From Camelus dromedarius (lineage: Eukaryota), in assembly GCF_036321535.1 (NCBI RefSeq), contig NC_087437.1, forward strand, positions 105,030,001-105,094,000: a stretch of DNA of 64,000 nucleotides, written 5' to 3'. A program made the translations under genes and the position numbers. Below, piece after piece: positions 13,441-25,089 of the stretch; position 1 is the stretch's first letter, and every line of letters begins with the position of its first letter. Under the pieces are notes generated by a model. It was not told the origin of the DNA. It saw nothing but the letters and a program-made list of their open reading frames with translations, and searched no databases.

Positions 13441-13968
13441 CTTTCTTTTTGTATATATAAATATTTTCTTGAAGTATAGTCAGTTTACAATGGTGTGTCA
13501 ATTTCTGGTGTACAGCACAATGCTTCAGTCATATGTGAACATACGTATATTCATTTTCATGTTCTTTTTCACCATAAGTTACTACAAGATATCAAATATA
13601 GTTCCCTGCACTATACAGCATGAAATTGTTGTTTATCTATTATAAAATTGATCAGTTAGTATCTGCAAATCTCTAACTCCCAATTTATCCCCTCCTACCC
13701 TCTTTCTGCACTGGTGACCATAAGTTTGTTCTCTATGTCTGAGAGTCTGTTTCTGTTTCGCAAATAAGTTTGCTTGTCTTTTTAGTTTTTTTGATTCCAC
13801 ATATAAGTGATATTATACAGTATGTTTCTTTCTCTTTCCGGCTTATTTCACTAAGAATGACAATCTCCAGGTCCATCCATGTTGCTGCAAATGGCATTAT
13901 TTTATTATTTTTTATGGCTGAGTAGTATTCCATTGTATAAATATACCACAATTTTTTCTCCAGTCATC
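13441..13968 (-). mobile_element. Lineage-specific L1 3' end, 5'-truncated (~0.5 kb)
   Basis: ORF 13733..13951 gives WYIYTMEYYSAIK...FAATWMDLE (L1 ORF2 C-terminal region); cetartiodactyl-type 3' UTR; degenerate TSD ttggattgctctat (13427-13440) / ttggactgcactat (13969-13982). Confidence 0.92.
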
Positions 13969-14410
13969 TTGGACTGCACTATACTTAAAACAAGTATTAC
14001 ATCTTTTTCATAGGAAAGGCATCTTCATAGTAAATACTTAATTAGATATAGATTTTATGGAATTATTTCTTCAATGTAACCATAAAAGTATTCAATTTGA
14101 GTTCTCGAAAGACTCTGATTACAGCCTGTAAGTCCAATCTTGTTCATTTTGAAATATCAGTTATTAAAATATATGTTTTAGTTAAATGGATATTTGAGGT
14201 TTTAAGAGAGAATCTATCTTAGACTTAAATAAGGATATTTAACTATTTTCCAAAAAAGGCAGCAAAGACAAATTCCTCCCAGGAATGGTTTATTCATATA
14301 TATATAAACACCTATTGTTTAAAACCTGTATGAAAAACATTTGCATGGAACATGCTTTTGAAATCACAACATTTTAGTTGACCTATAATCCTCTAAGAAT
14401 ATTACAAAGC

Positions 14411-14611
14411 TTGGGATTAACATATACAAAATAGATAAACAAAAAAGACTACTGTATAGCACAGGGAACTATATTCAATATCTTATAATAACCTATTATG
14501 GAAAAGAATCTGAAAAAGAATAGGTTTATAAATATATGTATAACTGAATCATTTTGCTGTATACCTGAAACATTGTAAATCAACTATACTTCAATAAAAA
14601 AAGTAACAAAA
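14411..14611 (+). mobile_element. Cetartiodactyl L1 3' end fragment with A-tail
   Basis: 'ctgtatagcacagggaactatattcaatatctt...acattgtaaatcaactatacttcaataaaaaaag'. Confidence 0.88.
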
Positions 14612-15870
14612 TAATATTATAGTGGCTACAAACCTTAAAACAATAAGTTTTAAATTAATTTAATCTATAGGATGAATATTAAGATGCTTTAAGTCTTAAT
14701 CCATCAGATATTTTCATTGTGGTCAAGAATTCAAAATCTATTGTAGTAGTACAAGTACTCAAAGGAGAAGGTAGTCCAAAAACTAGTTTTATTTTTGTTG
14801 TATGCCCATGTTTATTGAACATGCATGAATTTTCCCAGGGCTTACAGTAGCTCAAAATAAATAGTAAATTTTTGAAGGCTTAAGTTAGAACACTAGAAAA
14901 CTAGGTTCAGTTTTCCTTGCTCACTGCCTCAACTAAGTAATTAAAAGCATCATTTTGCAAATGAATGCAGAGGACATGTCAGAGTTAATCTTTGAAAATT
15001 CACTCTCTACATAAATTAGGACTGGTACATCCCAATTTCTCTACAAATGTGTATCATGTATGGTAGCCACAGTGGAAGTGGGGGAAGAATAAAGGTTTTA
15101 GAAACACATCCAAATTATATCTTGCTAGATGATTTCAGTGTGATTAGAATCTTCTATAAGCAAGGGAATACCTAGAAAAGTACAACCTCAATGATTTTGG
15201 AAGCCAACTTTAGCTATTTAACTTACATTTAAAAGATTTCTAATGCTGTTGAGTTTCACACTGTTATCAAAATTCTTATCATGTAGAAAATGCTGTAGGA
15301 TGACATCAGAAGATCAACAAAGATACTAAAGACTTCCCTAAAATTAACTGATTTGAAGAGGAATTAACACACATAGAGGAAAAAAGCTAATTATTTCATA
15401 TTTAAATTCTATTTATTGAAACTAAAATTATTAAATTGATACATGATTCCTTAAAATTAATCACATTTACTATCAACTATTTGCTGTTTCACTGCCTAAA
15501 CATATGAAGAATATGGTTGCACAATGTTGTAGATGTCAATGAACTTGAGTTACAGACCTAAGGGCCCAGCAACCCAATTTTGAATAATGTCTTACATTAA
15601 ATTAGGTTCTATTCACTATGATTTAAAAATTTGCTTTCTCTCCCTCCCCAGTAGTCTAAATTTACTAGTTTGCCAAACATTCTTTGGTTTTGTTTACAGA
15701 CAATTTATCTTAGATTTTTGTTATTTTGAATTGTACTCCTACTTAAATATCATGTCTAAAGTGAACAAAAGACCACATTCATTTTAATATTCAACAATAA
15801 TAACACAACATAACTCATTTTAACCCACTTCTATTTAGATTTGGCATAGTGACTTAAATTTGGGGGGGTG

Positions 15871-16578
15871 TTTTATTTTTTAAACAAGCTTAATTTACTT
15901 TATTTTTCTTATATAAAAAAATAGCAGTGGCCACAGCTAGAGCCTGGGTTCTCTACATGTGGACTGTGGTGTGGGTATTCCGTAAGATGGTCAGTGAATT
16001 CTTGATAGGGAGACTTGGTGAACACGGTCTTGCTCCTGAGGTTGGAATGGGATAGCTGTATGCCTTAGAGATGGCATGGAAAGTGAACTTGGCGAAGTTG
16101 TCCCGGGTGGCAGTGCAGGCCCTGGCCAAGATGCAGCAGTCATTGATACTAGCCATCATCAGCAATCTCTTGGGCACAGGGACTGAGACTCTGCCAGTGC
16201 CCCTGGGGGTGGGGAAGTGGTGCACCAGCACAGTGGTGCACAGAGCCACAACAGCCAGGCACCTTGCGAGGGGATGTGTGGGCCTTGCCAATCTTGTTCC
16301 CCCAGTGGTCTTGCTGCACGGGGATTATGGAGACTCTGGCCAGGATGAAGGCCCCACAAATTGCAGTGGCTATCTCTTAACACCTGGACTGGCATGTTGT
16401 CAGATGTAATCCCTGACGGTGATAAATGCCTTCAATCTGGTCTGCTGGCCAGTGTGGGTCTGCTTCTGCATGGCTATAATCATCAAAACTTCCTTCTTGA
16501 GGAACACGTCCAGGAAGAATTCAATGATCTCAGATTACTTGATGGGCAGGGAGAGGAGATGGATCTCCTCAAGAGACT
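15871..16578 (-). pseudogene. RPS2: Processed pseudogene of 40S ribosomal protein S2 (uS5), 5'-truncated and disrupted
   Basis: Minus strand reads [21 protein letters not shown]...KEEVL...[15 protein letters not shown], then [24 protein letters not shown]...[19 protein letters not shown], matching RPS2. Intronless, with in-frame stops and frameshifts, an RPS2-like 3' UTR with AATAAA, and an A-tail remnant (T-rich 15871-15881 on +). The N-terminal RG-rich region is absent. Confidence 0.95.
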
Positions 16579-16744
16579 GAAAGATACCTATGTAGATTTA
16601 ATGGAAGGAGTACATTTTTGAGCAGGAAGAAAAAATTAATCTTATTCTTCCATTTATAAAAGTAGGATTTCTGAGCCATATGTGTAGGAACTACTATTTG
16701 CTGATATGTCTTGCAAGAATAGCCCAATATTAAAAAATTGGGAA

Positions 16745-16797
16745 AGTATATTAAATATCTTGTAATAACCTATAATGGAAAAGAATCTGAAAAAAGA
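16745..16797 (+). mobile_element. Short cetartiodactyl L1 3' UTR fragment
   Basis: 'aatatcttgtaataacctataatggaaaagaatctgaaaaa' is nearly identical to 14477-14518. Confidence 0.75.
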
Positions 16798-16814
16798 ATG
16801 CCTTCATCCTTTAA

Positions 16815-16945
16815 AAAAATATTTTTTGAGCACTTCCTTACTTTCAGGTATTATATGATGCTCCAAGATCATCTCCTATTTCCCCTGCTCCAGCCTAAAA
16901 TCAGCCATTTCTCCTAGAAGCACAGTTCCTTCCAGCAGAGAATGT
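16815..16945 (-). mobile_element. Ancient L1 (L1MC-like) 3' UTR fragment
   Basis: 'ttttgagcacttccttactttcagg...gatgctccaagatcatct...cagccatttctcc'. Confidence 0.65.
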
Positions 16946-16964
16946 AACTTCTTACTCATAGATC

Positions 16965-17240
16965 ACACATTTCCTCCAGGAGGCCTTCCCTGCATAACTA
17001 AACCTCCCTGCTTCTGGATTCCTCAACACTTCCATTAGAGTCCCTGGTGTCATTTTCCTTAGTAATCAAAAGTATTTTAAAGCCACCTTGTTGGGGTTTG
17101 TGTATTTATTAGTTTATTGTCTATGACTCTCTAAGGAATAAACTGTATGAGAACAGAAATATTGTTCATTCAAACTGCAGTTGCTCACAAGAGCACCTGT
17201 CTCATAATTAATAGTCAATAAATATGTTCATGGAAAGGAA
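16965..17240 (+). mobile_element. L2 3' end remnant
   Basis: 'cctccaggaggccttccctg...aataaactgtatgagaacaga...tcaataaatatgtt'. Confidence 0.7.
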
Positions 17241-17314
17241 TTAATAATTTATTTGGAAGTTACCTCGGGTTTGGTCTCGTTGCATTTCTTCTATCATTCT
17301 TTCAAATGATTCCA

Positions 17315-17560
17315 TAGGTCAAGATAGGCTACGTCAAGCCACAATAACTAACCCCAGGATTTTAGTGACTTAATAAAAGCTTACTTGTTTTTGTTTGATC
17401 AAAGCTGTTTTGATCATGATTCCTTCACATCAACATGTGCTCCACAATTATTGGGAATGGAAAGAAGTAAAGTATATCAACTATTCTCATATTTCATTGA
17501 CAAAGCAAGTCACACGATTGCAAAGGAGCATAGAAAGCTAAGCTGTCTGTAGGTCTGGAG
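17315..17560 (-). mobile_element. Old MaLR LTR fragment (MLT1J/K/L-like)
   Basis: 'aaccccaggattttagtgacttaa...ctcatatttcattgacaaagcaagtcacacg'. Confidence 0.55.
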
Positions 17561-18279
17561 AAAAGGAAACAGAATCATTAACATCTAGTACAAGTGAACA
17601 TAAATTTTATTTTGTGTAATATTTGTAATTTCTTGGGGACAGAAATGGTCTTAATTCTTAATCTCTCCAATTGACTTTACATATTAATATTTCAATGATC
17701 TACTTTTTTCTTTAACTTAATTTTAATAATTATCTTTTCCCAAGCTTTGAAGCTGGTGTTTGCAACTAAAACTAGAATTATGAACACTTTTAGATAACGT
17801 CCTCAAAGACTTATCTAGGATATAGGAGAGGATATGCTTAACTCACAGCAAAAGTCATGGTTCTCAATGTATATAATATAATAGAAGTTCAGATAAGGGA
17901 TGAAATGTCTCATGGTTCAGTGAACTAGTGATGTAGTGGAATAATAGAATTACATCATCAGTTGTCTGGCCATTGACATCATTTTAGTGATAGATGTTAA
18001 TATATATTATGTCAAGGAAAGGAAGACTTTGTTGTCAAAAAAAAAATTTGGGAAATTCTTGTTTAAATAAAGTAAATTAAAAATTAAGATTTTTTTTACT
18101 GTTTGACTTCTTAGAAGTCCCATTATTCTAAGTGTCTTCTATGAATTTTCTGAAAGATATTTAATATATAGTATCTTATGAAAGTATTCGAAGGCAGGTT
18201 TAGACTTGGTCCAGAAATAGAATGGCCATTTTTTTTTTTTTTTGCAGCATAATGAATATACTTGGAAAGTCATCCAAGG

Positions 18280-18530
18280 GTCCAGGATTGAGGGACAAGA
18301 AGCAAGAGAAAAATATTGCAAGAATAAGTTACTGAATTGGTCTATGTGATGGTTGACTAGTGTTAGATCTTACTGTGACCCTTTGAAGAGCTATATGAAA
18401 TGCATCTTAGACTGCCTGCCTGAGGCATGGAAGGGGGAAGATTTATCCACTCAACATCTATTACAAATAGGTCAATGATGGCTCCATGGGGATTAACTGC
18501 TATCATGTCTGGGTTCACATGTTTTAATGT
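18280..18530 (-). mobile_element. ERVL LTR fragment (LTR33-like)
   Basis: 'atttatccactc...ggtcaatgatggctccatggggattaactgc...tctgggttcacatg'. Confidence 0.55.
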
Positions 18531-19287
18531 TAGTTTGGTTTCTAACAGGGATGTCAATTTTTTAGGTTAGAAAAATCCCTTGGTAGGAAATAAAGGCAGA
18601 AGACCTAGGTAGGTCTAAGTGAAAAGCTGATAAGATGCACAGACTTCATGCAAATTTGGACAAAGTCTGCTTAGAATTTGTTGCTGCATCAGAATCTAGA
18701 GTAGGAATTGGGATTCAGTAATTACCCTTGAGGCATCTCATAAAGTGAATACCATGTCCCTCAACCCACTGCCAGCATCCTGTAGGATGAAGAGCAAAAC
18801 TTTGGAAAAATCTAATCTAAACCATTTGTACTGAAATATATATTCTCTGCAGAAAGCTGTAGAAGAATGTGTTTTGAGAATCAACTTATTTTCTTATATT
18901 AGTCAAGTCAATTTACATAAATCTTATAAATAATTTAAACATATAAGTAGAAATAGTGGCAAAACATAATTAAAAAATCAATGTTCTAAATAATGATCAT
19001 TTTTTTAAAACATTATCATTAAGGACAGTATAGTGAATGCTTTCATCTACTAAAATTCTTAAATCTTCTTTCATGTATTTAAACATAATACAGACGATAA
19101 ATTCATGAAGCAACTTATAAGTTTTACAAAAAATGTATATAATAGATCCTTACTATTGATCTTCATAACATTAGCAAGAATAAAAAAAGATACAAGGGAA
19201 TTTCTCATCTAGCCTCTAGGTACACTTAATTGTCACATATATTTTAAGAGTCATTGTAATGTAAAATGCCAAAATATTAGTCATTTA

Positions 19288-19355
19288 AATATATGTGTAT
19301 ATATATACATAAATGTGTGTTTACACGTATATGTGTGTACGTGCATACACGTGTT
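19288..19355. repeat. Imperfect alternating purine-pyrimidine (TA/TG/CA) tract
   Basis: Directly visible. Confidence 0.8.
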
Positions 19356-20102
19356 TATCTCTTGCAAATAAATCTTATTTTGTAGATGCAACTTTATATA
19401 CTAAATTCTTATTTTTCTCATTGAGAACAGTTCCATGGAACATAATGGAAGTATTATTGCTTTCACAGGCTTAACATCTGCAACTCAATTAAAAGCAAAA
19501 CTACAGAGGAGTCATTTAACAATACAATAATTTGCAAGTTATTGTACACAATGATAAATATCCATTGAGCAAGCAGCATATCAAGGACATTGTTTCAAAA
19601 ATATAAATGGAAACAACAAACAAGAAAAGCAATTTAGAAATGAGAGAGAATAAAAAGCTAAAAGAGTGGTTTTTAATACTCTAGAACACTCAGGATTTGT
19701 GCTTTCATGTTTTTCATGACCTTTCAAAATGGATCTCAATTTATAGGCATTAAAGTCTAGAGTGCAAAAAGAGAATAGCCATAATGATATGTTTCATGCA
19801 CTTCATTAAAAATGTATTTTCTTATTTTTTAAAATGATCTTCTCCCAAGTTATCTGATTGAAATATCGTTTTCACAGTGAACTTTGGAATTGAATCTGGT
19901 TTCAAGGTTTTGGAAAATAGCACACAAATATCATGAATTGATTATGAAGCCTTGAAAACTGCTAAGTGTTCAGTTCCCTCACTGATCAGTGAACAGTAAC
20001 AAGTATTGCTACTTTTAGGGAACTATGGAACTTTTCAATAAAAAGTATATGTCAGATAATCTAAAATTTCAATTAAAATAAAGATTTAAAAGTATTTCTC
20101 AC

Positions 20103-20483
20103 TATAATGATTAATTTTTATGTTTCAATTTGACCAGGCTATGGTGCACATTTGTTTGGTAAAATACCAGTTTAGATGTTGTTGTGAAGTTATTTTTCCT
20201 AGATGTGAAGAACATTTAAAACAGTAGCCTTTTTTAATGCAAATTAACCTTTATAGTGTGTATTATCAGTTGAAGTCCTTACTAGAAAAGACTGAGATCC
20301 TCCAAGAAAGAAGGAAATCTGACTCCAGACTGTCTTCAGATTCAGGAATACAACAATTCTTTCCAGAATTTTCAGCGTTGTGTACTGCCATGAAAATTTG
20401 GACTTTTTCACCGCACAATTTCATGAGACAATTCTTTAAAATAAATAAATATACATGTTTTTCTGAAGAACCCTGAATTCTAT
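20103..20483 (+). mobile_element. ERVL solo LTR (MLT2C-like)
   Basis: 'atgattaatttttatgtttcaatttgaccaggcta...tagatgttgttgtgaag...ttctgaagaaccctga'. Confidence 0.88.
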
Positions 20484-20790
20484 ACTCACTGTGTTCATTT
20501 TTAAAGGTGTAAATTAATTTAAATTAAATCATTTATTTTACCACCAAAATACGAATTTAACCAGATGCAGTTTTGGGCATCCATAATCAAAGTCAAACAC
20601 TGGCAGAAAAATAAAATAGGACAGCACAATAATAAATCCAGTTCCTTACATGTCTTTAGTGTGTTCAGTTTATGTGCTTAAACATAGGAGTTTCATTTTT
20701 TGAACTACATGAGAATGGACAATGGGAGAAAGTTGTATAGTATTATATCAAAAATACTTTCACACTTGGAGTCTAACATCCTTGAGACCC

Positions 20791-21205
20791 TGTATCAGTA
20801 GGGTTCTCCAGAGAAATAGAATCAATTGAATATGTTTAGAGAGAGGGAGCGGTGTTCAAGGAATTGGCTCACACAGTTGTGGAATCTGGCAAGACCAAGA
20901 TGTACAGAGGAGGCCATCAGACTGGAGATCCAAGGGAGAGTTATTGCTGTTACAGTTCAAGGCCAAAGACAGTTTGAAATCAGATTTTTCTCTTCCTCTG
21001 TCATTCACTCTTTTCTCTGTTAAGATCTTCAATTGACTAAATGAGACACACCAGCATTATGGTGGGTAATATGGTTTCCTCAAAGTCTACTGACTTAAAT
21101 GTTAATTTTACCTAAAAATTATCTTCACAGCAACTTCTAGACATATCTGACTAAATGTGTAGTATCACAGCTTAGTCAAGGTGACAAGCAAAATTAACCA
21201 TCGCA
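20791..21205 (-). mobile_element. ERVL solo LTR (MLT2D-like)
   Basis: TG...CA ends; 'tgtatcagtagggttctccagagaaatagaa...aaggaattggctcacacagttgtgg...aaaattaaccatcgca'. Confidence 0.9.
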
Positions 21206-21269
21206 AATCTCTTCATATTGCACTGGATCAAAGATTTTGATCCATTTAGCAATGTCATTTTTCAAAATT

Positions 21270-22060
21270 AGAATTTAGGTTTTTTGACTTTTAAAACTGC
21301 ACGCAATACAAATCAAATTTTTGATGTACAGTCAATTGAATTGTAACTCATAAATGTTTCCTGCAATTACTACCTCTACTACTTAAATACAGGATAATCC
21401 CAACACCCCAGATAATTCTCCTTTGTCATGCAGTTCCCCCCACTCCCATCCCTAATCCCTGGCAGCCAAAGATCTGTTCACTGTCCATTTAATTTTGCCA
21501 TTTTCCCAAATGTATTATCAATGGAATTATATAGTATGTAATCCTTTGGGACTGGCTTCTTTCACAGATTTTTTTCAGATTATTGCCTGTATCAATATCT
21601 AATGTCTTATTACTTAGCAGAGTCCCACTGCATGAATATAAGAGATTTTGTTTGCCCATTCACTCCCTGAGGGACATTTGGGTTATTTCATGTTTTTGGC
21701 AATTGTCGATACTGATATCATAAACATTTATGTACTGATTTTGTGTAAACACATAATTTCAATTCTCTAGGGTAAATTTCTAAAAGTTGTATTTCTGGGT
21801 GATGTAAGTGTATATTTAACTTTATAAAAAATGGACCAACTTTTTCAGAGTGGCATACTGTTTTGCATTCCAAATAGCAATGTTTAAAAGTGTCAGTGGC
21901 TTTGCCCTTGGAATTACTTTTTATATTAGCTATTTCAGTAAATGTGGAATGGTATCCTATTAACTTACATTTTTCCAATGAGAAATGATTTCTCTGGTGC
22001 TTATTTGCCACCTGAATAATTTCTTTGGTGAAGTATCTTTTTTCTTTATTAGTTTGCTTT
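21270..22060 (-). mobile_element. Ancient L1M 3' end (L1MB/MC-like)
   Basis: Antisense L1 3' region 'ccctggcagccaaagatctgttc...ggacatttgggttatttc...ttttgcattccaaatagcaatg'; ORF 21718..22011 has a degenerate L1 C-terminus (I.LL.IYPRELK). Confidence 0.85.
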
Positions 22061-22189
22061 TTTATTTTTTGTTTTTATAAAGACAGGAATGACTACTTCC
22101 CACCTCTTAACATTTCAGGGCTGAAACTAGAAGTTGTATTCTTTCCTTAAATCTATTCATACCATGTTTCAAGTGGGTTTGTTACACAT

Positions 22190-22535
22190 CACTTAGAGTA
22201 AGGTCTTATATTTTATGCAGTCTATCTCTATTTAACCTTCATTTTTTTTTTTATTATTTTTTAATGGAGGTACATGGGATTGGCTCAGGACCTCACACAT
22301 GCTAAGTACACACTCTCACTAAGCTATATCCGCACGTCCCTATCTCTATTTAAATGGGTGTGTTTAAACCGTTTATATTTAATGTAATTAATGACATGAT
22401 TGGATTTAGCTCTACCATTTTGTCCCTTCTGATTTTCACTCCTCTGTTTTGCCCTTCCTGCATTGTTTTGGGTTATCTGAACTTTTAAAATTCCATTTTA
22501 ATTTGTTTATGGGCTTTTGACTATACTTCTTAGTA
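22190..22535 (-). mobile_element. Ancient L1M fragment (ORF2 start region) hosting a SINE
   Basis: 'gtgtgtttaaaccgtttatatttaatgtaattaatgacatgattggattt' is the antisense of the start of the L1 endonuclease region. Confidence 0.6.
22236..22340 (-). mobile_element. tRNA-derived camelid SINE (Vic-1-like)
   Basis: Poly-T then 'aatggaggtacatgggattggctcaggacctcacacatgctaag...agctatatcc'; TSD ctatctctatttaa at 22222-22235 and 22340-22353. Confidence 0.88.
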
Positions 22536-22538
22536 TAC

Positions 22539-23038
22539 TTTTTTTTTAAACATTTTTTATTGATTTATAATCATTTTACAATGTTGTGTCAAATTCCAGT
22601 ATAGAGCACAATTTTTCAGTTATACATGAACATATATATATTCATTGTCACATTTTTTTTCTCTGTGAGCTACCATAAGATCTTGTGTATATTTCCCTGT
22701 GCTATACAGTATAATCTTGTTTATCTAGTCTACAATTTTGAAATCCTGTCTATCCCTTCCCACCCTCTGCCCCCTTGGCAACCACAAGTTTGTATTCTAT
22801 GTCTATGAGTCTATTTCTGTTTTGTATTTATGCTTTGTTTTTTTGTTTTTGTTTTTGTTTTTTAGATTCCACATATAAGCGATCTCATATGGTATTTTTC
22901 TTTCTTTTTCTGGTTTACTTCACTTAGAATGACATTCTGCAGGAGCATCCATGTTGCTGCAAATGGCATTATGTTGTTGGTTTTTATGGCTGAATAGTAT
23001 TCCATTGTGTAAATATAACACATCTTCTTTATCCAGTC
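22539..23038 (-). mobile_element. Lineage-specific L1 3' end, 5'-truncated, with a different 3' UTR variant from the 13.4-kb copy
   Basis: Poly-T, 'atttccctgtgctatacag', 'catccatgttgctgcaaatggcatt...tagtattccattgt'; degenerate TSD tcttagtatact / tcttatatact. Confidence 0.9.
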
Positions 23039-25089
23039 TTATATACTATTTTAATGGTTGCTTCTGATATCCTCATATTGAAATAGATGTACCAAATTTT
23101 ATATAGGCCACTTAGAATGAATGTTTTACTTTTTCAAATAAAAGAAAAAAAACTTAAAAAATTCTATAAGTATTTTTACTCTACCAGCAATGCTGTATTA
23201 AGAAAACTTCTACTTTGCTTTGCTGAAAGCCATTTTGATAGGATGGCTTACTTAGTCACTGGCTATTAACTAGTCAGTAATTAAAATTTTCCTTTTTTCT
23301 GGATGGAAATTATTTTTATTTCTAAGAATTGTTCAATGTATGGAATACATGCCATTTGTGTTTGACTCTTTTGCCCCTGCATATCAAGAACTTTGAGGTC
23401 AGGGCCCATAGCATTTTATTTTTAATCACTTTGGTTTGTAGGAATTGATAGAGCAGGGATAAACTGAAAAGTATGGGTCTAAAACTTGGAAGCTAAGAGG
23501 TAATAGACTGCTATGCTATAACGTTAAGAAAGTGGGAACTCAGACGTAAGGACACATAGGCCAGGCCTAGAAGATAAAACTATATTTTACGATATTTACT
23601 ATCTTAAAACCATTTTAGCAAGAGTATGTTGGCATTGGTTGCTAATAGCCACATCAAGTGAGAGATGTGCAGAATGGAAAATACCAGGGCAGAATTCCTC
23701 ACACGTTTCTTTTGAGGGACAAAGTGTTGAGAACTGAAACAAACACTGTAAGGTTCTTAAATAAATTAACTTTCTAGATTAAAGCGTCTAACATTTTCAA
23801 TAATGAATAAAACACCTGCATACCAGAAAGCACCATGTGCTTCAGAAGAATAAATATCTACCACACATGGTGGATTCTTGTTGAATGTTAAAGACAATGG
23901 TGACAGCTTAAATAACTTTCATTGAGCCTAAGAGAAGCAATGCACGCACTAGAAAGAGGAAAGGAGAGTCATTTATGTCATATCCTATTTTCGCATAGAA
24001 GAAGATCTTAAAGCCAATCAACCACTCTTACTTGCACGTTATGGTATGCCCGATAATGAATAGCTTTTCAAGGCAATCATTGAGCATCGTGATTTTTCTC
24101 TCATGGTGATTTTTTTCCATAATGCATAAGATGAAATCTCTAAATGTCGCCATTGGTCCTAATCACTACACAGGCCACCATTAAAACCATAAAAATGTTA
24201 ACTCATTGTGTAATCATATAGAAATATGATTCTATCTTTCAGTCTATCCCACACATTCTATCATACATTCCATAGAATGTTGAAGATAAATTTAGCAAAT
24301 GCAGGAGTTTGTGGTTTTAAATCATGGAGCATTAAAATAAGGAAACTTGATCCTCTAAAATTAAAAGCCTAGTATAACTAAATAATATATATAATATTTT
24401 TGTGGATATCACTAGTTGAATATGACACTATATTGATATTACTGATATTGATAGAGATGTTTGACAGAATACATCATTTACTGTATCTAGTTAACTACCA
24501 ATTATCTTATATGAACTGTATTCTACATACCATGAAAGGGCTTTGAACATAATATATTATTTTAGCTTATAAATTAATATTAAGAATGTTTCAAAGATGT
24601 GGAAACTTAATCTTACAGAAGTTCAGAAATATATCCAGGATCACATACCTAGTAAATGGCCAGAAGATATAGCATCCAAAAGGACAGTTTATTAAATAAG
24701 ACATATGAAATCAGGATAGTCTATTGCTGGTTAATTTTATTTCTTGACAAGCATTTGTCAAATATTTTTAAGAGTGATGGAGCTACATGCATATGGAAAC
24801 AATATTTCAATCATAAAACTACTAAAGAAAGTCGAGACATGTTAACACTATTTATTGTAGGATTGTACGGCATGGCACAAATTTCCATTGCTGTAAGGCT
24901 TCAAGAAAGAGAAAAATCACTGTAGCATATGGTATAATTGATCATTTGATTGAGGAAAACTTTAATTTGGGTCTTAAGGGAAACACAGGGTCAGCTGGGA
25001 AAATGAAAGACAGAGAATGAAATAGGGCATCCCAGAAATGGTGGAGGAAGATAAACGGAGAGGGAGTCTGAACACAGCCTAATCTGATG

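Noticed and set aside
16071..16621. Plus-strand ORFs of 112 aa and 86 aa
   Set aside because: Antisense shadows of the RPS2 pseudogene
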